DNA from: Camelus dromedarius
Lineage: Eukaryota
NCBI RefSeq assembly: GCF_036321535.1
Contig: NC_087436.1
Location: 44,766,001 to 44,830,000 of the forward strand
Length of the DNA stretch: 64,000 nt
Direction of reading: 5' to 3'
Part shown: positions 51,063 through 64,000 of the stretch, piece after piece
Layout: each line of letters opens with the position of its first letter
Numbering within the stretch: the stretch's first letter is position 1
The notes under the pieces: model-generated
What the model was told of the DNA's origin: nothing
The model's input: the letters and a program-made list of their open reading frames with translations, nothing else
The model's database searches: none
Position numbers and translations under genes: made by a program

Positions 51063-51856
51063 TATTATTTGCCTTTCAAAATCTACCATTTTTATATATT
51101 CTGACAATTTTTAAGTCTTTTTATTGCTTCTAATTATTACTTACTATAAGTAAATGTAACTAATGATCAGAAATTATAAATGATAGTATGAACTCCAAAA
51201 TATCTAAAAATCCAACCTGTGAACTTGATAAGATTAAATACATTACCATCCCTAAACATTATAACTTACATGACATTTTATTCTATTAAAAAGTAAAATG
51301 AAAAAGGCAATGAAACTTCTGGTTTCCAGATCCACATGTAAGGAGCTTAGAAGTTGTTACTCCATTCCAACAAGTTAAAAAAAAAATTAAACAGACTAAA
51401 AAATCAACACCTTCTTGGATCTGTAACAGAGGGTTGAGCACAAGGCAAAATGTTGTCTACAAGATTAGAGAGACTGACAGGAGAACACAAGGAGTCATGG
51501 CTTACTGGAGCAGAGAATGATGAGTGAAAACTGCCACAGGTACCAGTGCCAGGAGAGGAACACCCCAACTGTAATTAAGAAAGTGCTTAATGTGTGAACA
51601 ACTATGACAGTTAAAACCTCCAGTCATGAGGGGATTTACCTACAGCTCAATCAGGTTCTTGTAGTAAATCTCAGAGAAAAATTCCCTCATGCTTCTGGAA
51701 AGGGGAGGAGATAAGAAACCATTTTGAAATATGTCACAACACTGTGTCCTACTTAATAAGATTACCCTTAGGAGAAACTAGTTAGCTACAGCCTAACCTG
51801 CTGGAGTATTAATCAGAGTCAACTGACCTGGGGGAAGAGAAAAACACAAACACAAC

Positions 51857-52285
51857 TGAATAACATTTCAAAAAAGAAAGTACCAGACCCAGATGAATTC
51901 ACTGACAAATTCTACCAAACATTTAAGGGAGAAATTATACCAATTCTTTATAATCTCTTTCAGAGTATAAAAGCAAGTGGAATGCATCCTAACTCCATCT
52001 ATGAGGCCAGTGTTACCCTAATACCAAACCCAGACAAAGACATTACAGGAAAAGAAAACTACAGCCCGATAGAGCTCATAAACATAGATGCAAAAGTCCT
52101 CAACAAAACATTAGCAAATCAAATCCAACAATGTAGACAAAGAATTATACATTATGATCAAGTGAGTATGCAAGGATGGTTCAACTGGTATGCAAGGATG
52201 GTTCAACACTTGAAAAATCAATTAACATAATCTATCACATGAACAAGCTAAAGAAGAAAAATCATAAGCTCATATCAATACATAT
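51857..52285 (+). mobile_element. L1 ORF2 (RT N-terminal) fragment
   Basis: ORF 51982-52230: PNSIYEASVTLIPNPDKDITGKENYSPIELINIDAKVLNKTLANQIQQ, an L1 ORF2 motif. Confidence 0.92.
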
Positions 52286-53030
52286 GTTCTTTATAACAGA
52301 AGCCTACTGTTTAACAGAAAAGACTTTACCAGAGTCTAATCCTCAACTGGGGAGATATTTTCCCTCACTCCAGCTCCCTCTAGACTTCCTGACTCACCTA
52401 GGCTTATGGGGCAAGGAGGAGTGGGAAGCAGAGAAACGCTTATAAATGTTACAACCTAGAGACATAGGCCCACTGAAAGACTGAGATGAAATTATAAGAT
52501 TATGGAATGCTTTCCCTCCATCATATTCTACCACCATCAACAGGGACTCAGTATAATGTCAGTGAAATTAGGGATAAAAGAGTATCAAGACTCAGACTCC
52601 GACTAAGGAAGAGTTCTCAGGGAAGCTCAGAGATAATGGAGAGATGAGAACAAGGACACTAGATGGATTTCAAACCTCTGGCACATAAACACTAAAAATA
52701 GCAAACATTAAACATAGCCTAACTCCTAATCAAATTAACAGAAATCCTCTCACCAAAGTCCTATAACCTCAATTCTTACTACCATTTACAACATGTCTGA
52801 CTTTCAATGAAAAGGTACATAAAAGCCAAGCCAAGAAGTAATTAAAAACACAGCTGAAGAGATCAAGCAAGCATCAGAGCCAACTCAGGCACAACACCTC
52901 CATGGATTAATCAGACAGGGTATTTAAAATAACTGCAACTAATACATCAAGGACCCTAATAGAAAATGTAGACAACATGCAAGGACAGACAGGTAATGTA
53001 AGCAGAATGTGGAAACTGTAAGGAAGAGTC

Positions 53031-54580
53031 TTTATGATTTAAGATTTGACAATAGATTCTTAGGTTTGACACTTAAAGTATAAGCAATAAAAGAAAACAG
53101 AAAAAGTGAACTTCCTTAAAGTTAAAAACTTTTGTTCACCAAAAGGCATTACAATCTAAAAAGACAATTCACAGAATGGGAAAAATATTTTCAAGTCATA
53201 TATCTGTTAAGATTTTTATATCTAGGATTATAACAATCTCTAACAACTCAACAACAAAAAGACCAGCAACTCAATTAAAAAATGCACAAAGGGCTCAAAC
53301 AGACATTTTCCCAAAAAGATACAACTAGACAACAAGTACACAGAGAGATATTCAAAAACATTGCTCACTGAGGAAATGAGAATAAAAACCATAGTGATGT
53401 ACTACTTCATGTCAACCAAGATGGCTTTAATCAAAAAAATGGAAAATAACAGGGGTTGTCAAGAATGTGGAGAAGGAAGGACCCTTGTACATTGCTGGTA
53501 AGATGTAAGATGATGCAAACACTGTGGAAGCAGTTTAGCTGGTCCTCAAAAAATTAAACATAGAATTACCATATGACCCAGCAATTCCACTCCTAGATAC
53601 ATACCCAGGAGAAATAAAAATAAAAACACATGTCCACACAGAAACTTGTACATAAGTGTTTATAAGAGCATTAGAGGCATCACTCATTTTATTGTACTTA
53701 AACAGATACTGTGTTTTTTACAAATTGAAGGTTTGTGGCAATTCTGCATCAGGCAACTCTACAGGTGCCATTTTTCCAGCAATATTTGCTTACTTCATGT
53801 CTCTATCACATTTTGGTAATTCTTGCAATATTTCAAACTTATTCATTATTATCATATTCGTTATGGTGATCTGCGATCAGTGATCTTTGATGTTATTACT
53901 ACAATTGGCTAAAGGCTCAGATGACAACACTATTTAGCAATAAGGTACTTTTTACTTAAGTTATATGCATTGTTTCTAGACATAATGTTACTGCACACCT
54001 AGTAGACTACAGTATAGTCTTAACAAAACTTTTATATGCCAAAAATACACCAAAAAATTCATGTGAATCCCTTTGTTGAAATACTCAATTTATTGTGGTG
54101 GTCTGGGACCTAATCTGCAATATCTCCAAAGTATGCCTATATTCATAACAGCCCAAAACTGGAAACAACCCAAATATCCATGAAGAGATAAATAGATAAA
54201 CAAATTGTGTTACAAACATACACTGAAATATTATTTAGCAAAAGAAAATGAATGAAATACCAATACACACTAAACTCAAATGAACCTCAAAAACATTACA
54301 CTAAATGAAAGAAGCCATGCACAAAAGTCATATATTCCATTATAACTTTTATATGGTCTATTCAGAATAGGCAGATCCATAGAAAAAATCAGATTAGTGG
54401 CAATTAAGGGATGAGGGCAAAGGGAAATGGGGACCGATTACTTAATTGGGTATGGAGTTTTATCAAAAAGTTTGAAACCATAGAGAGTTGGTGATTGCAC
54501 AATATTGTGAATACATTAAATGCTGAATTGTTCACTTTAAAATGAATTGTATGTTGTATGAATTTCATCCTAACACAACA
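53031..54580 (+). mobile_element. L1MA/MB-type 3' portion inserted into ORF1 of the host L1
   Basis: aaacatagaattaccatatgacccagcaattccactcctag; ends ttcactttaaaatgaattgtatgttgtatgaatttcatc. Confidence 0.85.
53674..54139. mobile_element. Internally deleted Tigger1 derivative (Tigger1a-like MITE) with TA TSD
   Basis: Left end gaggcat..ttttattg...ttttttacaaattgaaggtttgtggcaa; right end gcaatatctccaaagtatgccta; TA at 53672-53673 and 54140-54141 splits the L1 motif gcatta|ttcataacagcc. Confidence 0.9.
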
Positions 54581-55189
54581 AAAGGAAATGCGAGAACTCA
54601 AAAACACTAACCAGAAATGAAGAATACCTTTGATGGGCTCATCAGTAGATTGGACAAAACTGATGTGAGCTTCAAGATAGGTCGATAGAAACTTCCAAAA
54701 CTGAAAATAAGGAGAAAAAAAAAAAAAAGAATGGGGGAAAAACAAAACCCCAGAACTTCTAATTAAGACAATTTCAAAGATATAACATACATACAATTTA
54801 ATTGAAATATTAGGAGAGTAGAGACTAAATCAGAAAAATATTTAAAATAAAAATAGCTTAGAATTTTCCAAAATGAATAGCAAACACCAAACCGCATATC
54901 TAGGAAGCTCAAGAACATCAAATAGGAAAATACAAAAAAATCTACATCTAAGAATATTATATTCAAAGTCCAGAAAACCAAAGACAAAAACAGATCTGGA
55001 AAGATGCTAGAGGGGAAAAAAAGTCACCTTACAGAAAAAGAAACAAGGTTAAGAGTTACAGGAGACTTCTCATTAAACACCAAGCGAGAAAGAGGAAAAT
55101 GAAGTGAAATATTTAGCATATTGAAAGATAAAACCCACAAATGTATAATTTTCTATCTAGTAAAATCAGCCTTCAAAAGTAAAGGAGAA

Positions 55190-55497
55190 TATAGTTCCCT
55201 GTGCTGTACAGAAGAAACTTGTTGTTCATCTATTTTATATATAGTAGTTAATATCTGCAAGTCTCAAACTCCCAATTTATCCTTTCCCATCCCCTTTCTC
55301 CTGCTAACCATAAGTTTGTTTGCTGTGTGAGTCTGTTTCTGTTTTGTAGTAACCTATAATGAAAAGAGTATGAAAACAAATATATGTATGTATATGTATG
55401 ACTGAAAGATTATGCTGTACACCAGAGACTGACACATTGTAACTGACTATACCTCAATTAAAAAATAAATAAAATCACAATACTTCCACCAATAAAT
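55190..55497 (+). mobile_element. Young L1 3' end with 5' inversion (twin priming) and TSD
   Basis: Antisense 3' UTR (~55187-55345) joined to sense 3' UTR (~55345-55470); TSD aagtaaaggagaa (55177-55189) / aagtgaaggagaa (55498-55510). Confidence 0.9.
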
Positions 55498-57121
55498 AAG
55501 TGAAGGAGAAATAAAGAATTTCTCACACAAACAAAAATTTATGGAATTCATTGCCAACTGGCTAGCCCTGTAAGAAATGTTAAAGCAGTTCTTCAGGCAT
55601 AAAAGACAATAACATAGCTCATAAATGGTCTACATAAAAAAGGAAAAGCATTGGGGAGGGAATAAATGAAGATAAAATAAAATATTTGATAGTTTTATTT
55701 TTAAATAATTTAAAATATAACTTATTTACCATAAAATAAAACCAATATATTGGGTTATTAGAGCAGATGTTTAAGTTAAATGAATTACAGTATTGTCATA
55801 AAAGATAGAACAGAGAAATTGGAAATAATCTGTCATAAAGTCATACACTGCACATAGCTGTTAATGAATAGGTCATCACAACATTAAGAGAAACCACTTA
55901 TTCCCTGCATCTTAGATAAACAGCAACAACACTGGACTTCACTTTTCTGTGCTTTATTCAACTGTCATTTTCCATTCTTGAAATATCTCTGAATTATACC
56001 AAGCCCTCCTAATTTTAGGACAAAGTTTCAGCAAGTCTAAGAAGAGCAAAACTCTGGAAAGAGAAAGAAAGTTCAGAATAATTGGAAGAACAAAATCAAT
56101 CCCCCATTTCAAGGCAAAGTTATCAGCAACCTCCTCTCCTGCCATAATGGATTAAGCAACTAGTAAGTCTGTAGCACTGTTTTTGCCGAAAAATGGAAGT
56201 AAAAGAAAAAAAAAGGGAAAGAAAGAGAAAAAGAATAATATGATAGGACACACGAGCCTGGCTTTTGAAGAATTTAGGACTTAGACAGGGAAACAAATGT
56301 TGTGCCCTGTAGGAAATCTCTGTCCAGAAGAGGGAGAGGCTACTGCGGGGAAGAAAGTGGCTGAGTGTTTAGCTGTCCTCAACCTCTGTACACAGAGCTG
56401 GACGGCGTTTAGCAGAAGGAGTCAGCCTTCTCGTTACCAAGCGAAGCTGAGATAGGAAACTGCTAGGTGCACCGCCAGACCGATTTGCTTGAAGGAAGAC
56501 CCTTCCTCCAGGAGAAGGAAGGGCAGCCCTCTCCTATCCCTCTCAGGCTTTAAAATAAGATGGAGCTTGCAGGTGGAAATAGGGGTCTTCTTTTGTTTTT
56601 CTAATCTACAGTGAAAAGTGGGATGAAATGCAGAAAAACTGTTCTCTAAAACTTAGAAGAGAAGGGCTGTTACAATTTTGCTCCTCTCAAGAACTCTGCT
56701 AGGTCTTGGTGATTCCTGCAAACACGCTCTTCTCCAGCTCAGTGAGTCCAGTCGTTGGTCACTTAGTCACATACACACACACAAAAGCTCTGACAGAGGA
56801 AAACAGTTATAAAATCATCAGAAAGGCACAACCCTTAAACATGTTCTTTTAACATAAGGCTTTATGTTGTGTATTTCTTCCCCTTATGTTGGTCCATGCC
56901 TCTTTTTCCGAGGAAGTCCCTAGGTTGGAGTTTTGTAGTTTTTCCAGCATAAATCGTACCCGTGGTGCATATATTATCATACCCAGGTTTGATTCTTCCA
57001 AGTAGAGAGTGAACTTAATTACATTTACAAAGCAACCCAAATGGAAAATCTAAATGGGGCCTTTCCTCTCCCCCTATATCTTTTAGTAGGCTTGCTAATA
57101 TCTAAGTCTGTAGAGATACTT

Positions 57122-57842
57122 CAAAAAAAATTTTTTTTGAAGCGTAGTTGATTTATAACATTAGTTTCAGGTGCACAGCAAAGTGATTCAGTTATACATA
57201 TACATCCAAATATATTTTTTTTCTTTTCAGATTCTTTCCACTATATGTTCTTACAAGAAATTGAATATAGCTCCCTGTGCTATACAGTAGGTCTTTATTG
57301 TTTATCTATTTTATACATATTGTGTCTGTTAATCCCTAACCCCTAATTTATCCCTCCCTGCCCTTTCCTTTTTGATAACCACAGTTTGTTTTCTATGTCT
57401 GTGAGTCTGCTTTTGGTTTTAAATAGAATATGCATCATTATTTTTAGATTCCACATATAAATGATATCATATGATATTTATCTTTCTTTGTCTGACTTAC
57501 TTCACTTAATATGATAATCTCTAGGTCCCTCCATGTTACTGTAAATGGTATTATTTCATTCTTTTTTATGGCTGAGTAATATTCCATTGTGTGTGTGTAT
57601 ACACACACACACACACACACACACATCTTCTTTATCCAGTCATCTGTCAATGAACATTTGGGTTGTTTCCATGTCTTGGCTACTGTAAATAGTGCTGCTA
57701 AGAACATTGGGGTGCATGTGTCTTTTTGAATTATAGTTTTTCTGGATATATGCCCAGGAGTGGGATTGTAGGATCATATGGTAAGTCTATTTTTAATTTT
57801 TTAAGGAACCTCCTAACTGTCCTCCATAGTGGCTGCAGAATG
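57122..57842 (-). mobile_element. Young 5'-truncated L1 (ORF2 C-terminus plus 3' UTR) with TSD and internal (CA)n expansion
   Basis: ORFs give LKKLKIDLPYDPTIPLLGIYP and AALFTVAKTWKQPKC; TSD taagtctgtagagatactt (57103) / taattctgtagtgatactt (57843). Confidence 0.95.
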
Positions 57843-59965
57843 TAATTCTGTAGTGATACTTTAAATGTGATACATGTTAATATTAAATCTATCCACAACT
57901 TCCAACTTGCTGTGGGTGCATGTGTGTGGGCAGAGGGGGAACCTCTCTTGCACATGATTTCTGTTGTTATTTATTACTGACTCAGAGACAATAAAATTCA
58001 ATGCCTTCTAATAATCAGTAAATTCCAAGAGATATGAGAAAATACAGAATCCATAAAACTAGATTAGAACACTAGACAAAAATTACTTTCAGAGAATAAT
58101 AACATTTATTGCATTTAAAAAGTTAAAGGAAGTACTGGTAGAGAAATAGATTTGAGGAAATCCCACAGAGGGAGGAAAAAAACCAGAAAGACCAAGAGTG
58201 AATTGGAAAGCTGTAGAAAATTTGAGAGTTAATCCATAGAAGATCATATTTGGCCTAACAGTTCCTATTCAAGAATAAAACACACACACAAATGTGGCAA
58301 CCTTGTGAATATGAACAGGATTGTGAATATAAATAATGCAAATCATTCTGGGAGGACTAAGTGAGCATCTGGACACTTCCTAGAACCATCCTGTCCTGAA
58401 TGTCTGTACGTGTGTGTTGTTCCATTTAAGGCTGTCAGTCTCTATCAAAAGCTGTATCCTGTCTCCTTTTGGAGGGTATAAACATTCTGTAAGCTGAACA
58501 GTGGGAAGTGGACTAGGTGTCACCCCTTTGTGGGTACATTTAAATATTCCCTTCAGCCTGCCCATAGAGTGTCTGTCATCCCTGAATACAGACCAGGTCT
58601 ATTTCAATATCTGTATAATGCAATCCCTCATCTTCTGCCTAATCAGGAAGAATGTAGGTGATTGGATACATAATGGGTGGAAAAAATAATCTGCAGTTGT
58701 AACCTTCCTTGTACAGAATTTCCACTAGTCCTGTTTTCAGCCCTTTGCCCCAGAATTCTCTGGTATTTAAATTTTTGAACCTGGCACAATTCTGTGATAG
58801 CAGTTGAATTGTTTTCTTATTGGTTTCCCTGTATGATGGCTTGAATTTTAACTTTCTCTGACCTTGTAAGTTAATTACCACATGTCCATCTACTTGAATA
58901 TCTGTCATTGTCTCCTTTCCCATCCTCTTTACCCTTATGGGCTTGTAACTTGTAGTCCTTCCCCGTCATGGAGTTTTAGGAAAGAGTGTAGATAAACACA
59001 TGTGTTCAACTACTCCTGTCTGTCAGGTAGAATTCAACTTAATTCTCATTGAAGCAAATGTCTTTATTCACATAAATTTAGTTGGTTTATTTCATCTTAA
59101 TTAAATGATGGAATTAGAATGACAAGTGCAATCAGCATAAGGATATTTGGTAAACAAAAGCCATTTGGGGACACATCTCACTCCAAAGGAGAGAATAGGG
59201 GCAGATCCTCTTAGTCACTGTCCTTCACTAGGAGGGAGGGATAGCCTTGGTTAACGCAGAAAGGAAATTAAGAGGTTAGTTAACCAAGCAAGTAGTTTTA
59301 AACAGACTTTGACTTGTGTTTAAACAGCTCCAGTGACACCATATTTGAGGAGGTATTTCCAACTCCCCAAGGGCCAAAAGAAGTTTTTACTTCATTTTTA
59401 ACATAATTAAAAAAAAATTGGATATTTATAGTTCCAACTACTGTACAAAGTTAACATTCCTGGGCAGGGAGGCTACATACTCCCAACCACCATGCCAGTT
59501 AAGTAAATTGCCAAGGTATTTCTGGGACTAGTTGAATTTAGTGGTAATTAACATTTTAACCATTATTTTTTTCTTCCATGACTATTTAAGCAGTATTCTA
59601 AGCACATGTGGCCTAGCTCACAGCTGCCAAGTCATGGACACAAGTGCTTATTGAGATAATTCTATTTAAATAATTTTCTCTTTGACAATTTTGAATCCTG
59701 GAGCCAGTCTAGAACCAGACCAAACATATCAATTTGCTGTCTCCTTGAAACAGTTATACAGAAAGGAAAGCCGTTTTTTCCTTTGTATTTACTTGTTCCA
59801 CTCTATTATTTTCCCCTCATTCTTTCCCTGTTCTCATATAATGAGCACATCGCTCTCCTCTTCCTCAGACTCCTGGTGAGTAACAAAGATATGGTAGTAG
59901 AGCCTACTACAGAAATAAGATGATGTCTATACTTCATATAGACATCATATGATGTCAGAATTTCA

Positions 59966-60409
59966 TGATTCTGATAAAGGTTTCTCCAGAGAAATAGACC
60001 ATCTCTCTACATATTCATAGAGAGAGAGAGATTAAAAAGAATTGGCTTACACTATTATGGAGGCTGAGAGGTCCCATGGTGTGTTGTCTGCAGATGGGAA
60101 AGTCAGTGGTGCGGTCCTGAGAACTGGAGGGTCAAAGGCATCAGTCCCCTGAGGTCAGAAGAAGACTGATGTCTCAGTTCAACAGTTATGAGGAGTGAAT
60201 CCCCTCTTCCTCTGCCTTTTTTGTTCTCTTCAGGCCCTCAACAGATCGAATGATGTCCACCCAGACTAGGGACAACAATCTGCTTTACCTAGTCCACCAA
60301 TTCCAATACTAGTATCATGGAGAAACAGCTTCACAGACACACCCAGAGATTCTGTTTAATCTGGACACCCCATGTCTCAGACAAGGTGACATATAAATTA
60401 AGCGTCACA
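59966..60409 (-). mobile_element. ERVL solo LTR (MLT2-like)
   Basis: gtttctccagagaaatagacc...aagaattggcttacactattatggaggctgag...cttcacagacacacccaga...gtgacatataaattaagcgtcaca. Confidence 0.85.
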
Positions 60410-63334
60410 CATATGTATTTGAATGGCTATATGTGAGTATGTACACATATGTGTGTGTTACACACAGACACACACACATACACATGCACATAAATAATGA
60501 TGTTTTTCAAATATATGATGGATAAATAGAATGAAGAGTACACTCCAAAGATTTTTGTAAGACTTGTTAATTTTGAAAATTAGTTTTTAATATAATCTGT
60601 TTTTCAAAGAACACATGAATTACTAAATAATGGAATATTCCAAAAATGCAGAGCTAAGGTTCACAGTTTTCATCTAATAATATTAAGAGGAATTGCATTT
60701 ATATATATATACACATATATATATATTTCTTATAGGATATGTAACCACTTGTAGTATTTGTGGGGGGGTTTTAGTGATAAGATCAGAACATCTTATTTTT
60801 AAGACTTAATGAATATCAGATAACATGTGTGTGTAATTTAAAAGATTACAACTAAAAGAACATAATTTCTTCTTAGAGAACTAAAGGGAAATATACAGTT
60901 TTAATAAATCTGATTTTTAGTAAAGATATAATTATCTATTAAGTTGTTGGAACTCATTTTGTGGTTTCCAATAAATAACATTTGGAAGTTGCATGGAATT
61001 ATATATTTTATTAGCTGATGGTAGAAAAGTTTCTAGTGCCAAAAATGTACTGAATGGATTGTAAGTCCCGTCTAGAAATATTACAAAATCTAGCAATATC
61101 ATTTGCTATTACCCTGTAGGGAAATTCCAGATGTACTAATAAGTGAACATCTTCTATGGCCATGACTTGAATAACAAGCAACATGATAGACTTACAACAC
61201 TATGGCAATACATTACTGTCAATGAAACAACAAAGCATTACATATTTATTATGTTCAACAATTAAACACAAAAGCTATTTGTGAAGCTGCAAGATAATAA
61301 AAATAGAAACATAAAATGAAATATACACATTCACACATATGTATCTCTTTCTCCCTCTGTGTCTGTCTATACATATCTGTGTGTGTCATTGTGTAATAGT
61401 AGTCACTCTTAGCCCACAATCCTATACAGTGTCTAAATACATCTAATACTTTCTTTTCTTGTTCTGCTGATTGAATTAAGCTATATTTACACTTATGCAA
61501 GTTTTAAATGTTTTTAGCTTTAAAAATATTTGAAATAATGTTTCAAAAAATCTTAAATAGTTCTTAGCTAGGACTCTTTTTGGTTTTTATTTTTCGAAAT
61601 TGTACTCTATATTTTGCATTTTAGAAAGTGGTTCTGGTATTACGTACATTAATAAATGACCATAACTGGTATACATAATTCATGCATGATTTTTACTATG
61701 CATCCCAATAAATCAAAACATTCTCTTGTTTCATTTAACACTACTCTTTCGGTCTTTCTAAGACTCTAAATTTTAATTCCAGATGTACTGATGGCATTGG
61801 CTCAAAAACACAGGGTAAAGCACAAGAAATGCAATACAGAAAACCTTCAACTAATGGAGAAATAGTCTTCCTAGTGATGTTCTGCTTTTATAGAGCAAGC
61901 CAGAAAACATCACTCACTTTGCTAAGCTTTTAAAAGAAATCACAACAAATGAGTTCAGATTTCCAAATGATTAAAAAAATAGGTTTAATAAATAAAAATT
62001 CAACCTAACTATTAGACTAAATGTATGTCAAATTGTTTTTGAAGCTCAAAATGCTGTATTTTTATAGTGCTGTATTTTCATCTGCCCATCTTTTTCACAT
62101 ACACAAGTTGACTATTCCTGTCCTTGTTATTTCTTTCAGATACTTGAGGCTCAGTGATATCTAAGGTGTGTGAGGAGCAGGAGGGCAGGAAAAGTATTCA
62201 GAAGAGTAATCTCTAAATGTTAGGCAATTACTCAGTAAACCACTCCTCTGATAAATGCTCCTGCTTATGTACTGTGAACACTTGGAATTTCACCGTAAGT
62301 AATACAGCTTCAACCTTCTGCACAAGGAACATAAATATGTCAGAATACTATGCAGAAACTAGAATGCTGAAGATTTTTACCATTAACAGTAAAAGAACTA
62401 ATGGATGATTTAGGAGGTTATTCCTCTTGTCCTTGAAACATCGGATACTGTATCATCAATAGTGATTTTTATAATGTTAGTAAGTGATACAGTTGTGGAG
62501 GTCTCATGACATCTGTAAGTCACAGGAAGTCGAAATGCATCTGTTCGTTACTGATATTAGTCAACAGCTAAGAAAGAGGACATGTTCTCAGTGCCATGTG
62601 TCTGTGTGACCAAGGGACTCTGAAAGGAAAATGTTTTTTATACCTTAAGGTGTTACACAGTTAGGTCTCCTGGCTTCAGAAACACTGTCTTGCAGGGCCC
62701 ACGCTTTCTGGCAGGTGTCCCAGCAGCCCATTTCCTAACCGCTTTCTCAAACCTGAAACGACGCATCAGTCACTCCTTATGACAGGCTTTGCTGAATACA
62801 GGGACTTTGACTGCATGGTGCTTGAATTTCATATCTAACACTTAAAAAATTATTAGCTCTTTACAAAAGCCAATGGGATGACAAATCAAACTGATATCAT
62901 AGTGGCACAGATGGAAAAAAGACAGACCAGTAGCGCAGATGTATCTGTATTTTAATTGAAGCAATAGACAGAGACTTTAAAAATGGTGACAGTGAGAGTA
63001 GTTGTGATTAACAAGTCTGGTAGTTACAGGGGGAGATTACAGAACACTGTAGATCTAATTATGGCTACTCCATTAATTTAGTCAGACAGCCAGACATTTC
63101 TTTAAAAGCACCAATCTGGTTCTGGTTTGATTTGTGCTTTGAATTGACTAGTATCTTGCCAAAGAGAAACAACCTGTATGTAAAGCTCTACATAAAGCAG
63201 AAGTTGCAATACAAAAATTTAAGTATATTTTAGTTTATATTCCAGTGCTCTTAAATTCCCATATATTAATTGTGTTGGTTTTGATTGTGAACATTTGGAA
63301 TGAATTAACAAGTTTGATTAAAAGGGGGCTAAAT

Positions 63335-63520
63335 AAGGTTTAGGAGCATAGCCAGTTCTAATGCAAGCTCTACCGTTTACTGCTTGTGCCTTAGTTTTCT
63401 TATCTAAAAAGCGGGTTGAGGATAGTAACACCTACTTGACAGAGGTTTTGTGAGGATTAAGAAAGTTAATGTCTAGAAGGCAACTATTGAGCATAGTCTC
63501 CACTCCATTGCTTATTATCT
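63335..63520 (+). mobile_element. MIR SINE
   Basis: tgtgccttagttttcttatctaaaaagcgggttgaggatagtaacacctacttgacagaggttttgtgaggattaa. Confidence 0.8.
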
Positions 63521-63769
63521 GTTACTAAGGCCAGTATCATTGCTTAGTTTCTTTCACAGAAAGTATACTCAAATAACTGATGACAAAAGCTTAAGACAGT
63601 AATAATCTAATCCTTCTTAAATATTAAGAAATAAATGTATATCTACCTATACCACAAACTTACTTAGGGCAAAGTCTTTATAACCAGTCCATAGTCTAAG
63701 ATAGTTTCCCCATACCTTGCATGTGTCTCACAATGTGGAGAAATAAACACTAACATAAGAACCTGTTGT

Positions 63770-64000
63770 CTAGATTATAGAACGTAGGCTTTGAATTCGG
63801 AAAGACTTGAGTTCAGATTCTTTCACTGACACTGTATAACTGCTTCAGATGGGTAAGTTAGGTTAGACAGGAGTAACAAAGGACCTCCAAAGCTCAGTGG
63901 CCTGCAATACAGTAGGCTTACTTCTTGCTTGGAGCATCTACTATTGTCCGGGTCATTTCCCCTTAAGACCCAGGCTAACAAAGCATGTTTTATTGACAAC
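63770..64000. mobile_element. MIR 5' part interrupted by an old MaLR LTR (MLT1J/K-like) running off the window
   Basis: aggctttgaattcggaaagacttgagttcagattc, then gtaacaaaggacctccaaagctcagtggcctgcaatacagtaggcttacttcttgct. Confidence 0.6.

Larger units (their letters stand above)
51312..55850 (+). mobile_element. L1MC-type element (5' UTR plus degenerate ORF1) hosting several nested insertions
   Basis: 5' start acttctggtttccagatccacatgtaaggagcttagaagt; ORF1 breaks at ...aaggaagagtc (~53030) and resumes aaaaggaaatgcgagaactcaaaaacact (~54580). Confidence 0.8.

Overview
AT-rich mammalian genomic DNA, most likely a camelid (camel/alpaca/llama). It carries four tRNA-Ala-derived vic-1-type SINEs, young cetartiodactyl-type L1 3' ends and an internally deleted Tigger1 derivative, and I saw no ruminant Bov-A/BovB or pig PRE-1 elements. 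I recognise no intact protein-coding gene: the ORF track is L1 remnants and chance ORFs. The window reads as a long intron or gene desert made of old repeats (L2, MIR, L1M, MLT1/MLT2, MER5A) interleaved with unique blocks that look regulatory. Best-supported points: a full CTCF site with its upstream module at ~31.26 kb beside a CpG-enriched unique block; a twin-primed (5'-inverted) L1 with TSDs inside a multi-layer nested L1/Tigger cluster at 51-56 kb; and several L1/SINE insertions with readable TSDs. More speculative: minus-strand splice signals (exon-like 21923-21834, an AG|GT recursive-splice-like site at 20082, exon-like 10458-10331) that could outline an unannotated transcript, plus isolated plus-strand exon-like segments. 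Repeat boundaries and subfamily names were assigned by eye from remembered consensus and are approximate. I cannot support a confident claim of a new biological system.
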